Source of the DNA: Candidatus Delongbacteria bacterium
Lineage (GTDB): Bacteria; CAIWAD01
Length of the DNA stretch: 64,000 nt
NCBI GenBank assembly: GCA_963663545.1
Contig: OY760505.1
Location: 3,296,001-3,360,000 of the forward strand
Direction: 5' to 3'
Of this stretch, positions 17,328-26,935 are shown one piece after another. The notes beneath the pieces are model-generated. The model made no database searches, was not told the DNA's origin, and was given only the letters and a program-made list of their open reading frames with translations. The first letter of the stretch is position 1. The number at the start of each line of letters is the position of its first letter. The position numbers were made by a program, and so were the translations under genes.

Positions 17328-19090
17328 GCCACTCCTCGCTCATCGAAACGCGTTTGACCGAGTGCCAGGATTGCTACAAATGCGTGCGCCATTGCCCAGT
17401 GAAGGCCATTCGCATCGAGAATGCCGCCGCCTCCATCATCGACGAGCTCTGCGTCTTCTGTGGCACCTGCGTGGAAACCTGCCCGGTGGAAGCCAAGCAG
17501 GTGCGCGACGACCGTGCGCGGGCGCGGAATCTGCTGCAGTTGAAGGAGAAAGTCCTTCTATCGCTGGCGCCCTCCTGGCGCAGTGAGTTTCCCGGAACAA
17601 GTCCGGCACAGTTGGCGGCAGCGGTGAGGAAGCTGGGCTTTTTCGGCGTCTCGGAAACCGCGCTCGGTGCAGAGGAGGTCTCGGCGAATCTGGCCGCACT
17701 GCTGGCCCGGCAGCAGGAGCCGCTGCTGATCTCGTCCGCCTGTCCCACGGTGGTGGAGACCATTCGCCGCTATCATCCGCATCTGACGCCCTTTCTTTCG
17801 CCCTTCCACTCGCCGCTGTTGGCGCACTGCACCATGTTGCGACAGCACTACGGCGCGGAGATCGGCATCGTCTTTGTCGGCCCCTGCATCGCCAAGAAGA
17901 AGGAGGCCGACGATCATCCCGCACTGCTCAACGTCGCTCTCGCCTTCAAGGCGCTGCACGAGTGGTTTGCCGAAGCGGGGTGCGAACCCGCCAGGCTGCA
18001 GGCCGAGTCCGCCGAAGGCTTCGTGCCTCACGCCGCCGCCGAGGGCGGCCTCTACCCCATGGACGGCGGCATGATTGCCGGTATCACGCGCGAGGGCAAA
18101 CCCTCCAATGCTCGCTACATGACCTTTTCGGGCATGAAAGCGATCGGCGGCATTCTCGAGGAGCTTCCTGAGCTGCTGAACGGCCCAGGACTTGAGACGC
18201 CTCTCTTTCTGGAGTTGCTGGCCTGCGAGGGCGGCTGCATCAACGGCCCGCTCATGAGCAAGCGCGGCGGCACCGTGGCCAAGCGTCTGCGCTTGATCGC
18301 CGAGACGCCCTACGCCGACGAGACCATTCCCAAGGCGCCCAGCTGCGATGTGAGCGCGGACTTCGATCCCGAACCCTTGCCGGAGAGCCGGTTCAGCGAG
18401 GAGCAGATCAAGGGCGTGCTGGCCAAAATCGGCAAGCGCAAGCCCAGTGACGAGTTCAACTGCGGCGGCTGTGGCTACGACGGCTGCCGGCAGTTCGCCG
18501 TCGCGGTGCTGGAGGGCAAAGCCGAGAGCGGCATGTGCTTCCACTACATGCGCAAGCTGGCGCACAAGAAGGCCAACAAGCTGATCGAGCGGATGCCCTC
18601 GGCGGTAGTCATCGTGGACGAGAACCTGCGCATCGTCGAATGCAACAGCGCTTTCGTGGCTCTGGGCGGCAGCGACGCCGAACTGATTCACGAGAGCAAT
18701 CCGGGTCTGGTGGGAGCCAACCTGGAGGCGGTGGTGCCCATTTCCAGCCATTTCCGGCGCGTGCTGGAGAGCGGCGAGGACCTGCTGGAGAAGAACATCG
18801 CCTGCCATGCGAGCATTCTGCACAGCTCCATTTTCTCCATCGAACCGCACCACGTGGTGGGCGGCATCTTTCAGGATATCACCCAGCCCTCGGTGCGCAA
18901 GGAGGAAATTGTGCGCAAGGCGCGCCAGGTGATTCAGGACAACCTGAAGACGGTGCAGAAGATCGCCTATCTGCTGGGCGAGAATGCTTCAGAAACCGAG
19001 ATCACGCTGAATTCCATCATCGAATCCTTTGTGCCCGACACACTCCCGGAGCGCGGCCCAGGCAAGGATGGGGGCCGGAGCGGACGATGA
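17324..19090 (+). CDS. Sensory [FeFe]-hydrogenase with PAS domain (HydS/HfsB-like, group C)
   Basis: Variant H-cluster motifs ISSACPT, GPCIAKKKEA, ELLACEGGCING; NCGGCGYDGC; C-terminal PAS; ATGA overlap gives start 17324. Confidence 0.88.
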   Translation: MSHSSLIETRLTECQDCYKCVRHCPVKAIRIENAAASIIDELCVFCGTCVETCPVEAKQVRDDRARARNLLQLKEKVLLSLAPSWRSEFPGTSPAQLAAAVRKLGFFGVSETALGAEEVSANLAALLARQQEPLLISSACPTVVETIRRYHPHLTPFLSPFHSPLLAHCTMLRQHYGAEIGIVFVGPCIAKKKEADDHPALLNVALAFKALHEWFAEAGCEPARLQAESAEGFVPHAAAEGGLYPMDGGMIAGITREGKPSNARYMTFSGMKAIGGILEELPELLNGPGLETPLFLELLACEGGCINGPLMSKRGGTVAKRLRLIAETPYADETIPKAPSCDVSADFDPEPLPESRFSEEQIKGVLAKIGKRKPSDEFNCGGCGYDGCRQFAVAVLEGKAESGMCFHYMRKLAHKKANKLIERMPSAVVIVDENLRIVECNSAFVALGGSDAELIHESNPGLVGANLEAVVPISSHFRRVLESGEDLLEKNIACHASILHSSIFSIEPHHVVGGIFQDITQPSVRKEEIVRKARQVIQDNLKTVQKIAYLLGENASETEITLNSIIESFVPDTLPERGPGKDGGRSGR

Positions 19091-20277
19091 GCGCGCCCTA
19101 CTTCATCGAGGTCGACCACTTTCAGAAGTGCAAGGACCGGCAGCAGGTGGCGGGCGACACTTTTCTGTCACGGCGCATGCGCGAAGACGGGCGGACGCTG
19201 GCGGTGCTTTCCGACGGTCTGGGCAGCGGCATCAAGGCCAATGTGCTTTCGACGCTGACGGCTTCGATGGCGCTGAATTACGCGACGGATTTTCGCGACA
19301 TCCGCAAGAGCTCCGAGATCATTCTGCGCACGCTGCCGGTGTGCAAAGTGCGCAAGATCAGCTACGCGACCTTCACCATTGTGGACATCGACAGTCAGGG
19401 GCTGGCCAAGATCATCGAGTACGATAATCCCGCCTACATTCTGCTACGGGGCCAGAGCCTGCTGCCGATTGAGAAAACGCTGATCGCCGGTCGGCTGGGT
19501 CGAAGTCGCAACTACGAGCTGAAGTACTCCACCGTCCAGCTTGAACACGGCGACCGGCTGGTGTTCTACACCGACGGCATTTCGCAAGCCGGCATTGGTT
19601 CGCCGGAGTTCCCGCTGGGTTGGGGCGAAGAGGCCGTGGCCGAGGCCGCTCGCATTATTGTGCATGGCGCACCTGGAATCAGCGCTCGTGAATTGTGCAA
19701 GCACCTGGTCGGCCACGCTTTTAGGCATAGCCAAATGCGTGCCGTGGACGACATGAGTTGTGCGGCCATCAGCTATCGGAGTCCGCGCGAGCTGCTGTTG
19801 GTCAGCGGTCCGCCGGTGGATGCGAGCCGCGATGCAGAGTTGGCACGCGCCGTGGCCAGCTTTGTGGGTAGCAGGGTCATTTGCGGCGGCACCACCGCCA
19901 GAATCATCGCTCAGCAGTTAGGGCGCAGCTTGAATATCGATTTCAACCCCGCCAACGGCTATTCCGATCTGCCGCCCGCCTCGCTGATGGAGGGCGTCGA
20001 TCTGGTTACGGAGGGGATCATTACCCTAAGCCGCGTGGCCAAGATTCTTGAGAGCGATGTACCACGCGAGGAGGTGACACGCTCACCGGCGCTGACCTTG
20101 GCGGAAAAGCTCCTGCAGAGCGACATCATTCATGTGCTGGCGGGAACGACCATCAACAGCGCGCACCAGGATCCCAATGTGCCCGTGGATCTCGAGATTC
20201 GCCGCAACATCCTCAAGAAAATCCTGCGCCTGCTGGAGGAGAAGTACTTGAAAGAGACCCGCCTGCAGTTCATCTAG
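19087..20277 (+). CDS. SpoIIE/PP2C-type Ser/Thr phosphatase (HfsC-like)
   Basis: AVLSDGLGSGIKA, YTDGI, DDMSC; ATGA overlap. Confidence 0.88.
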   Translation: MSAPYFIEVDHFQKCKDRQQVAGDTFLSRRMREDGRTLAVLSDGLGSGIKANVLSTLTASMALNYATDFRDIRKSSEIILRTLPVCKVRKISYATFTIVDIDSQGLAKIIEYDNPAYILLRGQSLLPIEKTLIAGRLGRSRNYELKYSTVQLEHGDRLVFYTDGISQAGIGSPEFPLGWGEEAVAEAARIIVHGAPGISARELCKHLVGHAFRHSQMRAVDDMSCAAISYRSPRELLLVSGPPVDASRDAELARAVASFVGSRVICGGTTARIIAQQLGRSLNIDFNPANGYSDLPPASLMEGVDLVTEGIITLSRVAKILESDVPREEVTRSPALTLAEKLLQSDIIHVLAGTTINSAHQDPNVPVDLEIRRNILKKILRLLEEKYLKETRLQFI

Positions 20278-20562
20278 CTTTTTGTCGAAGCCGACGTTGT
20301 CGTCGATGTAGGCCGCCGGATCTACTCGATTTCACAGCCAACACCTTCGCGGCCTTTACGGACCGCAACATCGAACAGGGTGTTCGTACTCGCGCAGGTT
20401 TGCCTTAGATCTGGCTATGCTGGAGCGCTACTAGGACTTGCCAGGACGAGCTTGCATGCCTACGAGAAAGACGCTTTTGTGCTACAATGACCCCTGCAAT
20501 TCATGTCTTATGCTGAACAAAGATGCCGAGTTTATCAACTGTGCCCATCCGGGGAGAATGTC

Positions 20563-22050
20563 ATGAGTGAGCCGGTGTTCAGATTTTCGGAGGCCGTCTT
20601 CTGTTATCTATTGACGAACAGCCCCAGTGAATTGTTTGCCAAATCCATCGAGTTCTCCAAGGGGCTCTTTCTTAGCTATACCCAGACGACGGATGTTGTT
20701 GTAGCGCAGCTTGAGCAGCGAAAAGTCTGCGTGATCGGGTTTTGCGTCGACGCGCACATGGAGATTCCGCGAGCAGAGCTTGCCGGGCAACTCCTGCGCC
20801 GGTGCGGTGGAATAGAAGAGCTGGTTGAGTTTGCACGTCGTCTGGCGGGTCAGTATGTATTGCTTTACGAAGACGAGCACGGCCTGTTTGCCTTTGGCGA
20901 TGCCACAGGAAGAGTGCAGATCAACTACGCAAAGAATCCGTCCGAGCTTGCGATATCGAGCAATGACAAGCTACTCGCTGATTTGCTTGGTTGCGCACCT
21001 TCAGAACGGGCCTTGCGCATTCGTATGGGGTCAGAGTTCAGCCAGCCCTTTCCCAACGACCTTACTTTGTATGATGACATTCGTGTCTTGCTGCCCAATC
21101 ACTACATAGAATTGAAGTCGCGGAGCCTTCGGCGGTTTTTTCCCAGAGCTGCAGTCGCAGCTGTATCGAACAATCCAGAGGTGATCGCGGAAAGCATCAG
21201 GCACAGCATCGAGTTATCCAGAAATATCCTTCGTGAATACAGAAAGTGCTACGATGTGATTTGCCCCCTGTCCGGAGGATGGGACAGCCGTTTGAATCTG
21301 GCCTTCGCCCAAGAGGCCGACGCGGGAGTTGAGTGCTACACGTTCAAGCATCCTGGCTTCACGGAAACAACCGGCGACTACTTCATTCCGCCGCGGGTAT
21401 GCAAAGACCAACATCTGCCTCATCGTATCCTACCAGATCTGCCGATTCCGGAGGAGTATCAGCGATCGCTTGAAACAGTGGTTGGTCCCTACCACAGCAA
21501 GTACACGTTGACTTTAGCCTACACCTTGCTTCATGCATACAAAGGCAAGGCAATATTGGACGGTGGCATCATCGACCAGGTCGGCAAAAGCCTGCTGGGA
21601 AACAGCCTGCCGGATCGGTATGGAACCGCTGCTTTCTTTCAAGCAAAACTGCACAATGTTGCCGCTGAGACTCGTCAGGAGATTCAGCGCTATCTGGATG
21701 CTTTGGGATCAAAGCAGGACGTGTTTGATCTGTTCGCTATCGAAAGCCGCTGCGGGAGGTGGGCAGCCCAAGGGCTAATGATTTACTCCGCAGCGTCCAT
21801 TGTGACACTTAATATCTTTAACTGCAGAGAAATCATAGAATTGTGGATGAAGGTTCCGCGAAAACTGCGGGTTGAGAAGATCATACATAAAACAGCATTT
21901 GAAACACTGAATTCATCGTTGTTGGACGTTGAGTTCAATCCAGGGTGCAAAACAGATGTTTTCAAGAAGCACTACCTACCCTTTCTTGCGATGACCTATG
22001 CCAAGCAAATGATCGGATATGTGAAGGGTAAGCGTAGAGGCCTGTGCTAG
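20563..22050 (+). CDS. Asparagine synthetase-like protein (Ntn-like N-terminus + PP-loop)
   Basis: LAGQYVL...GDATG...NY; CPLSGGWDSR PP-loop motif. Confidence 0.6.
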   Translation: MSEPVFRFSEAVFCYLLTNSPSELFAKSIEFSKGLFLSYTQTTDVVVAQLEQRKVCVIGFCVDAHMEIPRAELAGQLLRRCGGIEELVEFARRLAGQYVLLYEDEHGLFAFGDATGRVQINYAKNPSELAISSNDKLLADLLGCAPSERALRIRMGSEFSQPFPNDLTLYDDIRVLLPNHYIELKSRSLRRFFPRAAVAAVSNNPEVIAESIRHSIELSRNILREYRKCYDVICPLSGGWDSRLNLAFAQEADAGVECYTFKHPGFTETTGDYFIPPRVCKDQHLPHRILPDLPIPEEYQRSLETVVGPYHSKYTLTLAYTLLHAYKGKAILDGGIIDQVGKSLLGNSLPDRYGTAAFFQAKLHNVAAETRQEIQRYLDALGSKQDVFDLFAIESRCGRWAAQGLMIYSAASIVTLNIFNCREIIELWMKVPRKLRVEKIIHKTAFETLNSSLLDVEFNPGCKTDVFKKHYLPFLAMTYAKQMIGYVKGKRRGLC

Positions 22051-22087
22051 GTCGTTCTACCTCGCGACTGGAGGCCTGGAGGAGAGC

Positions 22088-22711
22088 ATGAGATTTCGCC
22101 GATTTGCACAGCTAAAACAAAGCTTCCCCGGTACCGCGCTCCTGGTCGAGATCGTCTCCATTGTCTTCGCCGTACTGCTGGCGCTTGTGGTCAACGAGTG
22201 GCGCGAGAACCGCCATCTTGCTCAGCAGGTGGAGCGTTCGGTGGATGGCCTTCGCCTTGAGATCGAGAGCAATCTGCAGAAGGTGCGTGAGGCGCACGCG
22301 TATCAGGCCCAGACTCTGGAGCTGATGCGAAGCACGCTCTACTCAGAGGAGGAAGACGCACACGAGCCGGACTACGAAGCGCTGATCACGCAGCTCTACG
22401 AGCGCGAGGGTGGCATGTGGTGCCCGGCACAGACGGTGGACTCGGCCTGGAAGACGGCTGAAACCACGGGCATTCTGCGTCACATGGACTACCAGCGCGT
22501 GCTCTTGCTGGCGCACGTCTACGACAGCCAGGCGCGCTATCAGGCGGAGGTGCGGGGTATCAGCGAGGCGCAGACGCTGGTGGCCTTTCTCGACACGAGT
22601 CCCGCGCGCTTCGCCGGTGGGTTTTACCAGGGTGTGAACACGGTCTGGTGGCAGGAGAAGTCTCTGCTGGACGCCTATGAAGGCGCGCTGCAGCAGCTTT
22701 CCAAAGAATAG
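22088..22711 (+). CDS. Hypothetical membrane-anchored protein
   Basis: EIVSIVFAVLLALVVNEW N-terminal helix; GGAGGAG RBS. Confidence 0.7.
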   Translation: MRFRRFAQLKQSFPGTALLVEIVSIVFAVLLALVVNEWRENRHLAQQVERSVDGLRLEIESNLQKVREAHAYQAQTLELMRSTLYSEEEDAHEPDYEALITQLYEREGGMWCPAQTVDSAWKTAETTGILRHMDYQRVLLLAHVYDSQARYQAEVRGISEAQTLVAFLDTSPARFAGGFYQGVNTVWWQEKSLLDAYEGALQQLSKE

Positions 22712-22868
22712 CTGCAGTTGTTGCGAAGTATAGCGAATCAAGAACTTTCGCGATTTCAATTTTATTCTACAAGAAGAACACTGAACTTCTGATTCTTGTA
22801 TTCATTGACGAACAGATCGCTGAATATTAAATGGGCTTAAGTAGATTGGCAGCAAAGGGAGTGGACGC

Positions 22869-23852
22869 ATGAGCAGTGTATGGATGATTCGTGCAGACGG
22901 CGGTGCCCTGATTGATACATTCCTCATGAAGGGTGTCGTTTCAATCAAGTGGGATGTTGGTGATTTAACGAGCCTAAGTAAAAAGGATGAAATCGCTGAC
23001 AGATTGAAAGTGGTGTATCCTGAAGCTTCACCCTTAACGCTTTCCATATGGACTGGAGTTGTGTATCGATTTCGTAGCGAAATTGAGATTCATGACCATG
23101 TCGTTACTTACGACCCTTCTACACGTACTTACCATTTAGGTGAGATCTCAACCGACTACTACTTTGATGCTGTGGACGATCCTGTGTGGCCGCATACACG
23201 CAAAGTGAACTGGCTGCATCAGGTGTCGCGGGATGCATTATCGCTGTCAACAAAGAACAGTCTTGGCGCTACGCTTACCTTGTTCAAGCTTGGTGAGTCT
23301 GCTTCAGCAGAGTTGTTGGCTGTAGCAGCAGGACAGCAGCAGCCGCAACTGGAAGAGCAATTGGAGGGTGTATCCGAGACGGATTTGCTGGAGGAGACGT
23401 TAAACCGATCACGTGAGTTCGTCAAGGATCGAATGGCCAAACTCACTTGGCAGCAAATGCAGGAGCTTGTAGCTGGTTTGCTTCGCGCTATGGGGTATAA
23501 AACGAGAGTTTCTCCTCAGGGAAGTGATCGTGGAAGAGATATCGTGGCCTCGCCAGATGGTTTTGGTTTGGAGCAGCCGCGCATAGTTGTTGAAGTTAAG
23601 CATCGTAAGCACTCGAGTACAGCACCAGATTTACGTAGTTTTCTTGGCGGTCGACACAAAGACGACAAGGGCTTGTATGTGAGTACGGGGGGATTTACCC
23701 AAGAAGCAAGGTATGAGGCGGACCGAAGTGCAATTCCATTGGCGCTTATGGATTTGGACGATCTTGTAAGTGCAGTGTTTGATCATTACGAAGAGATGGA
23801 TGTTGACACGCGATCACTTTTGCCCATGGTAAGGCTTTACTGGCCCACTTGA
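22869..23852 (+). CDS. mrr: Mrr-family (type IV) restriction endonuclease
   Basis: WMIRA N-terminus; ELVAGLLRAMGY...DRGRDI...VEVKHR...GLYVSTGGFT. Confidence 0.85.
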   Translation: MSSVWMIRADGGALIDTFLMKGVVSIKWDVGDLTSLSKKDEIADRLKVVYPEASPLTLSIWTGVVYRFRSEIEIHDHVVTYDPSTRTYHLGEISTDYYFDAVDDPVWPHTRKVNWLHQVSRDALSLSTKNSLGATLTLFKLGESASAELLAVAAGQQQPQLEEQLEGVSETDLLEETLNRSREFVKDRMAKLTWQQMQELVAGLLRAMGYKTRVSPQGSDRGRDIVASPDGFGLEQPRIVVEVKHRKHSSTAPDLRSFLGGRHKDDKGLYVSTGGFTQEARYEADRSAIPLALMDLDDLVSAVFDHYEEMDVDTRSLLPMVRLYWPT

Positions 23853-23893
23853 TCCGCAATCTCGGACCATCCTAACGCGAAAATGTATGGCAT

Positions 23894-24670
23894 ATGCAAC
23901 ATCCCGCGCGCATCTCGCTGAAGACCTTTCTGCGACAGTATCTGGCGGAGGTCTTCTTTTTGGAGGGCGGCCTGCGAACCACGCTGGCAACGCTGCTGGG
24001 CAGGCCGGGCAAACTGAGTTGCGAGTATTGCGACGGCGCGGACCAGCCCCATTCCCGCATTACACCGTTGCGGCTGTATCTGGGCATCAACCTCCTTTTC
24101 TTCTTCCTCATTCCGCTGCTGAACACCGAACAGTTCCGCATGTTCTCCTTCAACCTGGATTCGCTGCGGGCGGGTAATTCCTGGTATCAGTCGCTGGTGG
24201 AAGAACAGATCGAGCAGTGCGGGTTGGGGGAGACCGTTTACCGCGAGCGCTTTGATGCCAACCTGGAATACAGCAAGTCAGCCTATTTCTTTCTGGTGGT
24301 TCCGCTTTCCGCGCTGGTGCTCTACGCCACGCATTCTCGTCGACGGCGGTATTTCGTTGAGCATCTTGTGTTTGCGCTGCATTTCTTCGCCTTCTTCCTG
24401 CTCGCTTTGCTGCTGACTCTCGCCCTCTTTCGCGCTGCTTCCGCGCTGCTGAGCGGGCTGCACGGTGCCCAAGGCTGGCTGGGCTTGCTCTTGCCCACTG
24501 GCATGATGCTTTGGGTTTGTGCTTATCTGGCAGTAGCCCTGCGCCGCTTTTATGCAGGCGGTTGGGGCGGATTCCTGCTCACACTGCCGCTGGTCTTGTT
24601 GGGCCTCTTCGCCGCCTTCGGGCTGTACGCGCAGTTCCTCTTCCTGCACGCCTATCTTGGTCTGATGTAG
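23894..24670 (+). CDS. DUF3667-like membrane protein
   Basis: TLLGRPGKL...Y...PLRLYL; YFVEHLVFALH. Confidence 0.7.
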   Translation: MQHPARISLKTFLRQYLAEVFFLEGGLRTTLATLLGRPGKLSCEYCDGADQPHSRITPLRLYLGINLLFFFLIPLLNTEQFRMFSFNLDSLRAGNSWYQSLVEEQIEQCGLGETVYRERFDANLEYSKSAYFFLVVPLSALVLYATHSRRRRYFVEHLVFALHFFAFFLLALLLTLALFRAASALLSGLHGAQGWLGLLLPTGMMLWVCAYLAVALRRFYAGGWGGFLLTLPLVLLGLFAAFGLYAQFLFLHAYLGLM

Positions 24671-24964
24671 AATCGTCGGCGCTTTAGCCATTCCCCGTCA
24701 TGTTCACTCCGCCTCTACACGATAGCGCAGCGGTTCACGTACACGGCTTTTCGAGAACAAGAACGTATGGGCGATTGGCGCACTTTCTGTTAGCAATTCT
24801 GCACACCCTGGATTCAACAAACGAGCAGACGCAAGAATCGCTGGCAATTCCACCGAACGCTTTGTTGTTTCTGTCAAGCGGGTCCGGAGCGGGCGTGTTT
24901 TCTCTTGGGAAATCGGAAAGTATGACGTATCATCCTACCCGATTCATCAAGATCCGGAGTCGCC

Positions 24965-25207
24965 ATGAGCGTGTCCAAGATTGCCATCACAATGGATAGC
25001 GAACTCGTGAAGCGCATTGATCAGCTTGTGCAAAGCCGGGAGTTTCCCAACCGCAGCCGAGCCATTCAGCAGGCGGTCGAGGAGAAGCTTGCGCGGCTTG
25101 ATCGCACCCGCTTGGCCAGCGAATGTGCCAAGCTGGATCCTGCCGAAGAAGGCGCTTTTGCTGACGAGGGTTTGCTTGAAGAGGCAGGCGAATGGCCGGA
25201 ATACTAA
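24965..25207 (+). CDS. Ribbon-helix-helix antitoxin
   Basis: KIAITMD...ID......FPNRSRAIQQAV; overlaps the toxin. Confidence 0.85.
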   Translation: MSVSKIAITMDSELVKRIDQLVQSREFPNRSRAIQQAVEEKLARLDRTRLASECAKLDPAEEGAFADEGLLEEAGEWPEY

Positions 25208-25530
25208 GGGGCGACATTCGCTGGGCGCAGCTGAATCCCGTGCGGGGACAGGAGCAGGCAGGTTACCGGCCGGTGCTGATTCTTAGCGTGGATGTTTTCA
25301 ACCAGCGCTCCGGTACTGTAATCGCCCTTGCCCTTACAAGCCGGGAGCCGCGAGCCGGCTTTCCCCTGAGCCTGGCCCTCGGCTCAACCGAGCTGCCCAA
25401 GCCCTCCTGGGTCAAGATTAGCCAGATCCGCACCCTGTCGACGGAACGCATCGGCGAGCGCCTGGCTTCCGCCACGCCCGAAGAGCTGGCCCGGGTGATC
25501 GAAGGGCTGCAGGAGCTGCTGGGGGCTTGA
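25192..25530 (+). CDS. mazF: MazF/PemK-family toxin
   Basis: RGDIRWAQLNPVRGQEQAGYRPVLILS..FN; QIRTLS..RI. Confidence 0.92.
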   Translation: MAGILRGDIRWAQLNPVRGQEQAGYRPVLILSVDVFNQRSGTVIALALTSREPRAGFPLSLALGSTELPKPSWVKISQIRTLSTERIGERLASATPEELARVIEGLQELLGA

Positions 25531-25808
25531 GCTCGAACTGTAGCGCTTCCACGCTTCCCGAAGCTGGCTTGTGTAGACTTGGTGCTGAATCCATGATGTC
25601 GGAAACTTGTTGGCAATCATCAAGATGTCAACCGGATTCCTGCTTTCTACTGGATCGCCAGCACTCCTGCGCGGCGAGATTCGTGTCTTATTCCACCTGC
25701 ACTGAATTGCTATTTTCAACGGCAAGTTGCTGGCGGACGGAATGGAGTCTTCATCTGCTTTCGTCGCCTGCCTGAAGTAGACCATATTCTTGCACTCTGA
25801 GGCTAGCG

Positions 25809-26300
25809 ATGACCCCGACGATTTCCCCCCTTTGTGCTGCTGACCTTGAAGCTGTCGGTGCTTTGTTCAACTACTACGTCGAACACTCCTTTGCTGCTTA
25901 TCCGGAGCAGCGATTGCCCCACCAGGCCTTTCAGTTTTTCCTGGACGCGGCCAAGACCCATCCCGTGCTGACGGTCAAGGACGAAACGGGCCGACTGCTG
26001 GGCTTTGGCATGCTGACGCCCTTCGATCCCTTCAGCTCATTTCGCAAGACCGTCGAGGTGGCCAGCTTTCTCGACCCCGAGAGGACCGGGCTGGGCCTCG
26101 GCACTCTGCTGCTTGAGGCGCTAGAGGCGCGCGCACGGGAGATGGGCATCAAGACCATTCTGGCGAATATCTCCTCGCTGAATCCGCGCAGCATTCAGTT
26201 TCATGCCAAACACGGCTATGTGGAATGCGGACGCTTCCTTAAGGTGGGGCACAAGCTGGGGCACGATTTCGATATGGTGTATATGCAGAAGTTCTTATAG
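25809..26300 (+). CDS. GNAT acetyltransferase (phosphinothricin acetyltransferase-like)
   Basis: GLGLGTLLL, NPRSIQFHAKHGYVECG..KVG.K.G..FD. Confidence 0.85.
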   Translation: MTPTISPLCAADLEAVGALFNYYVEHSFAAYPEQRLPHQAFQFFLDAAKTHPVLTVKDETGRLLGFGMLTPFDPFSSFRKTVEVASFLDPERTGLGLGTLLLEALEARAREMGIKTILANISSLNPRSIQFHAKHGYVECGRFLKVGHKLGHDFDMVYMQKFL

Positions 26301-26328
26301 CCTCCATGCTCCCCAGCGGAGTTTCGAA

Positions 26329-26740
26329 ATCGGTATCGGTATCGAGGCGCTGCCTTTCGGCTGATGTCCTCTCTATGCCGCTGGCGCGGGGCTTACGCTG
26401 GCGCTAAGCGAAGAAGAGACCACTTTCTTTGTCGCGTCAAAGAAAGTGGCGCAAAGAAAACGCTCGCCCGTCCAGAGGGTCTTGACGCCTCGTCAAGACC
26501 GCCTGGCCGGGCATGGCTGATGCCTTAGGATACGCTAACGAGTTCACGATCGACTTTGCTTGGCAAAGTCGACGTTCACAGACGACTGGCTGCGAGAGAC
26601 ATGTCTCATCCTCTCTTCGGTAGGAACCCATTGTATCCTATGGACGAAGACCCGCAATTGGCTGGAGTTTCATGTATGGGTACGTCTTGCGCGGGGCTTC
26701 GTCGATGTGTCCCGACCGCAGGTCGGGACACACGAGCTGC
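26329..26740. repeat. Mosaic hairpin array, copy B (hexamers, module Y, module X, GTGTCC hairpin)
   Basis: Shared segments with 7103-7715 in a different order. Confidence 0.75.
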
Positions 26741-26935
26741 AGAAAGTGACCGGCCTGAGCAGCGCGTGTGGCCGAAGCCGCACCTGAGTACGGCGAAGAG
26801 GATCGGCCCCAGCTCCGGCTTGCACTGCCAGCCTGTTCCTTCAGGCTTCCGGAATCCGCTGCGCCTTCAGTTTTCCCTTCTTCGATGTCTGCCAAGACGC
26901 TACCTTCCTGTATCATTAGCTTGCAGTGAGGAAAC

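Noticed and set aside
12986..18853. Long minus-strand ORFs (704, 658 and 431 aa) and similar antisense ORFs elsewhere
   Set aside because: Shadows of GC-rich sense genes; no recognisable motifs
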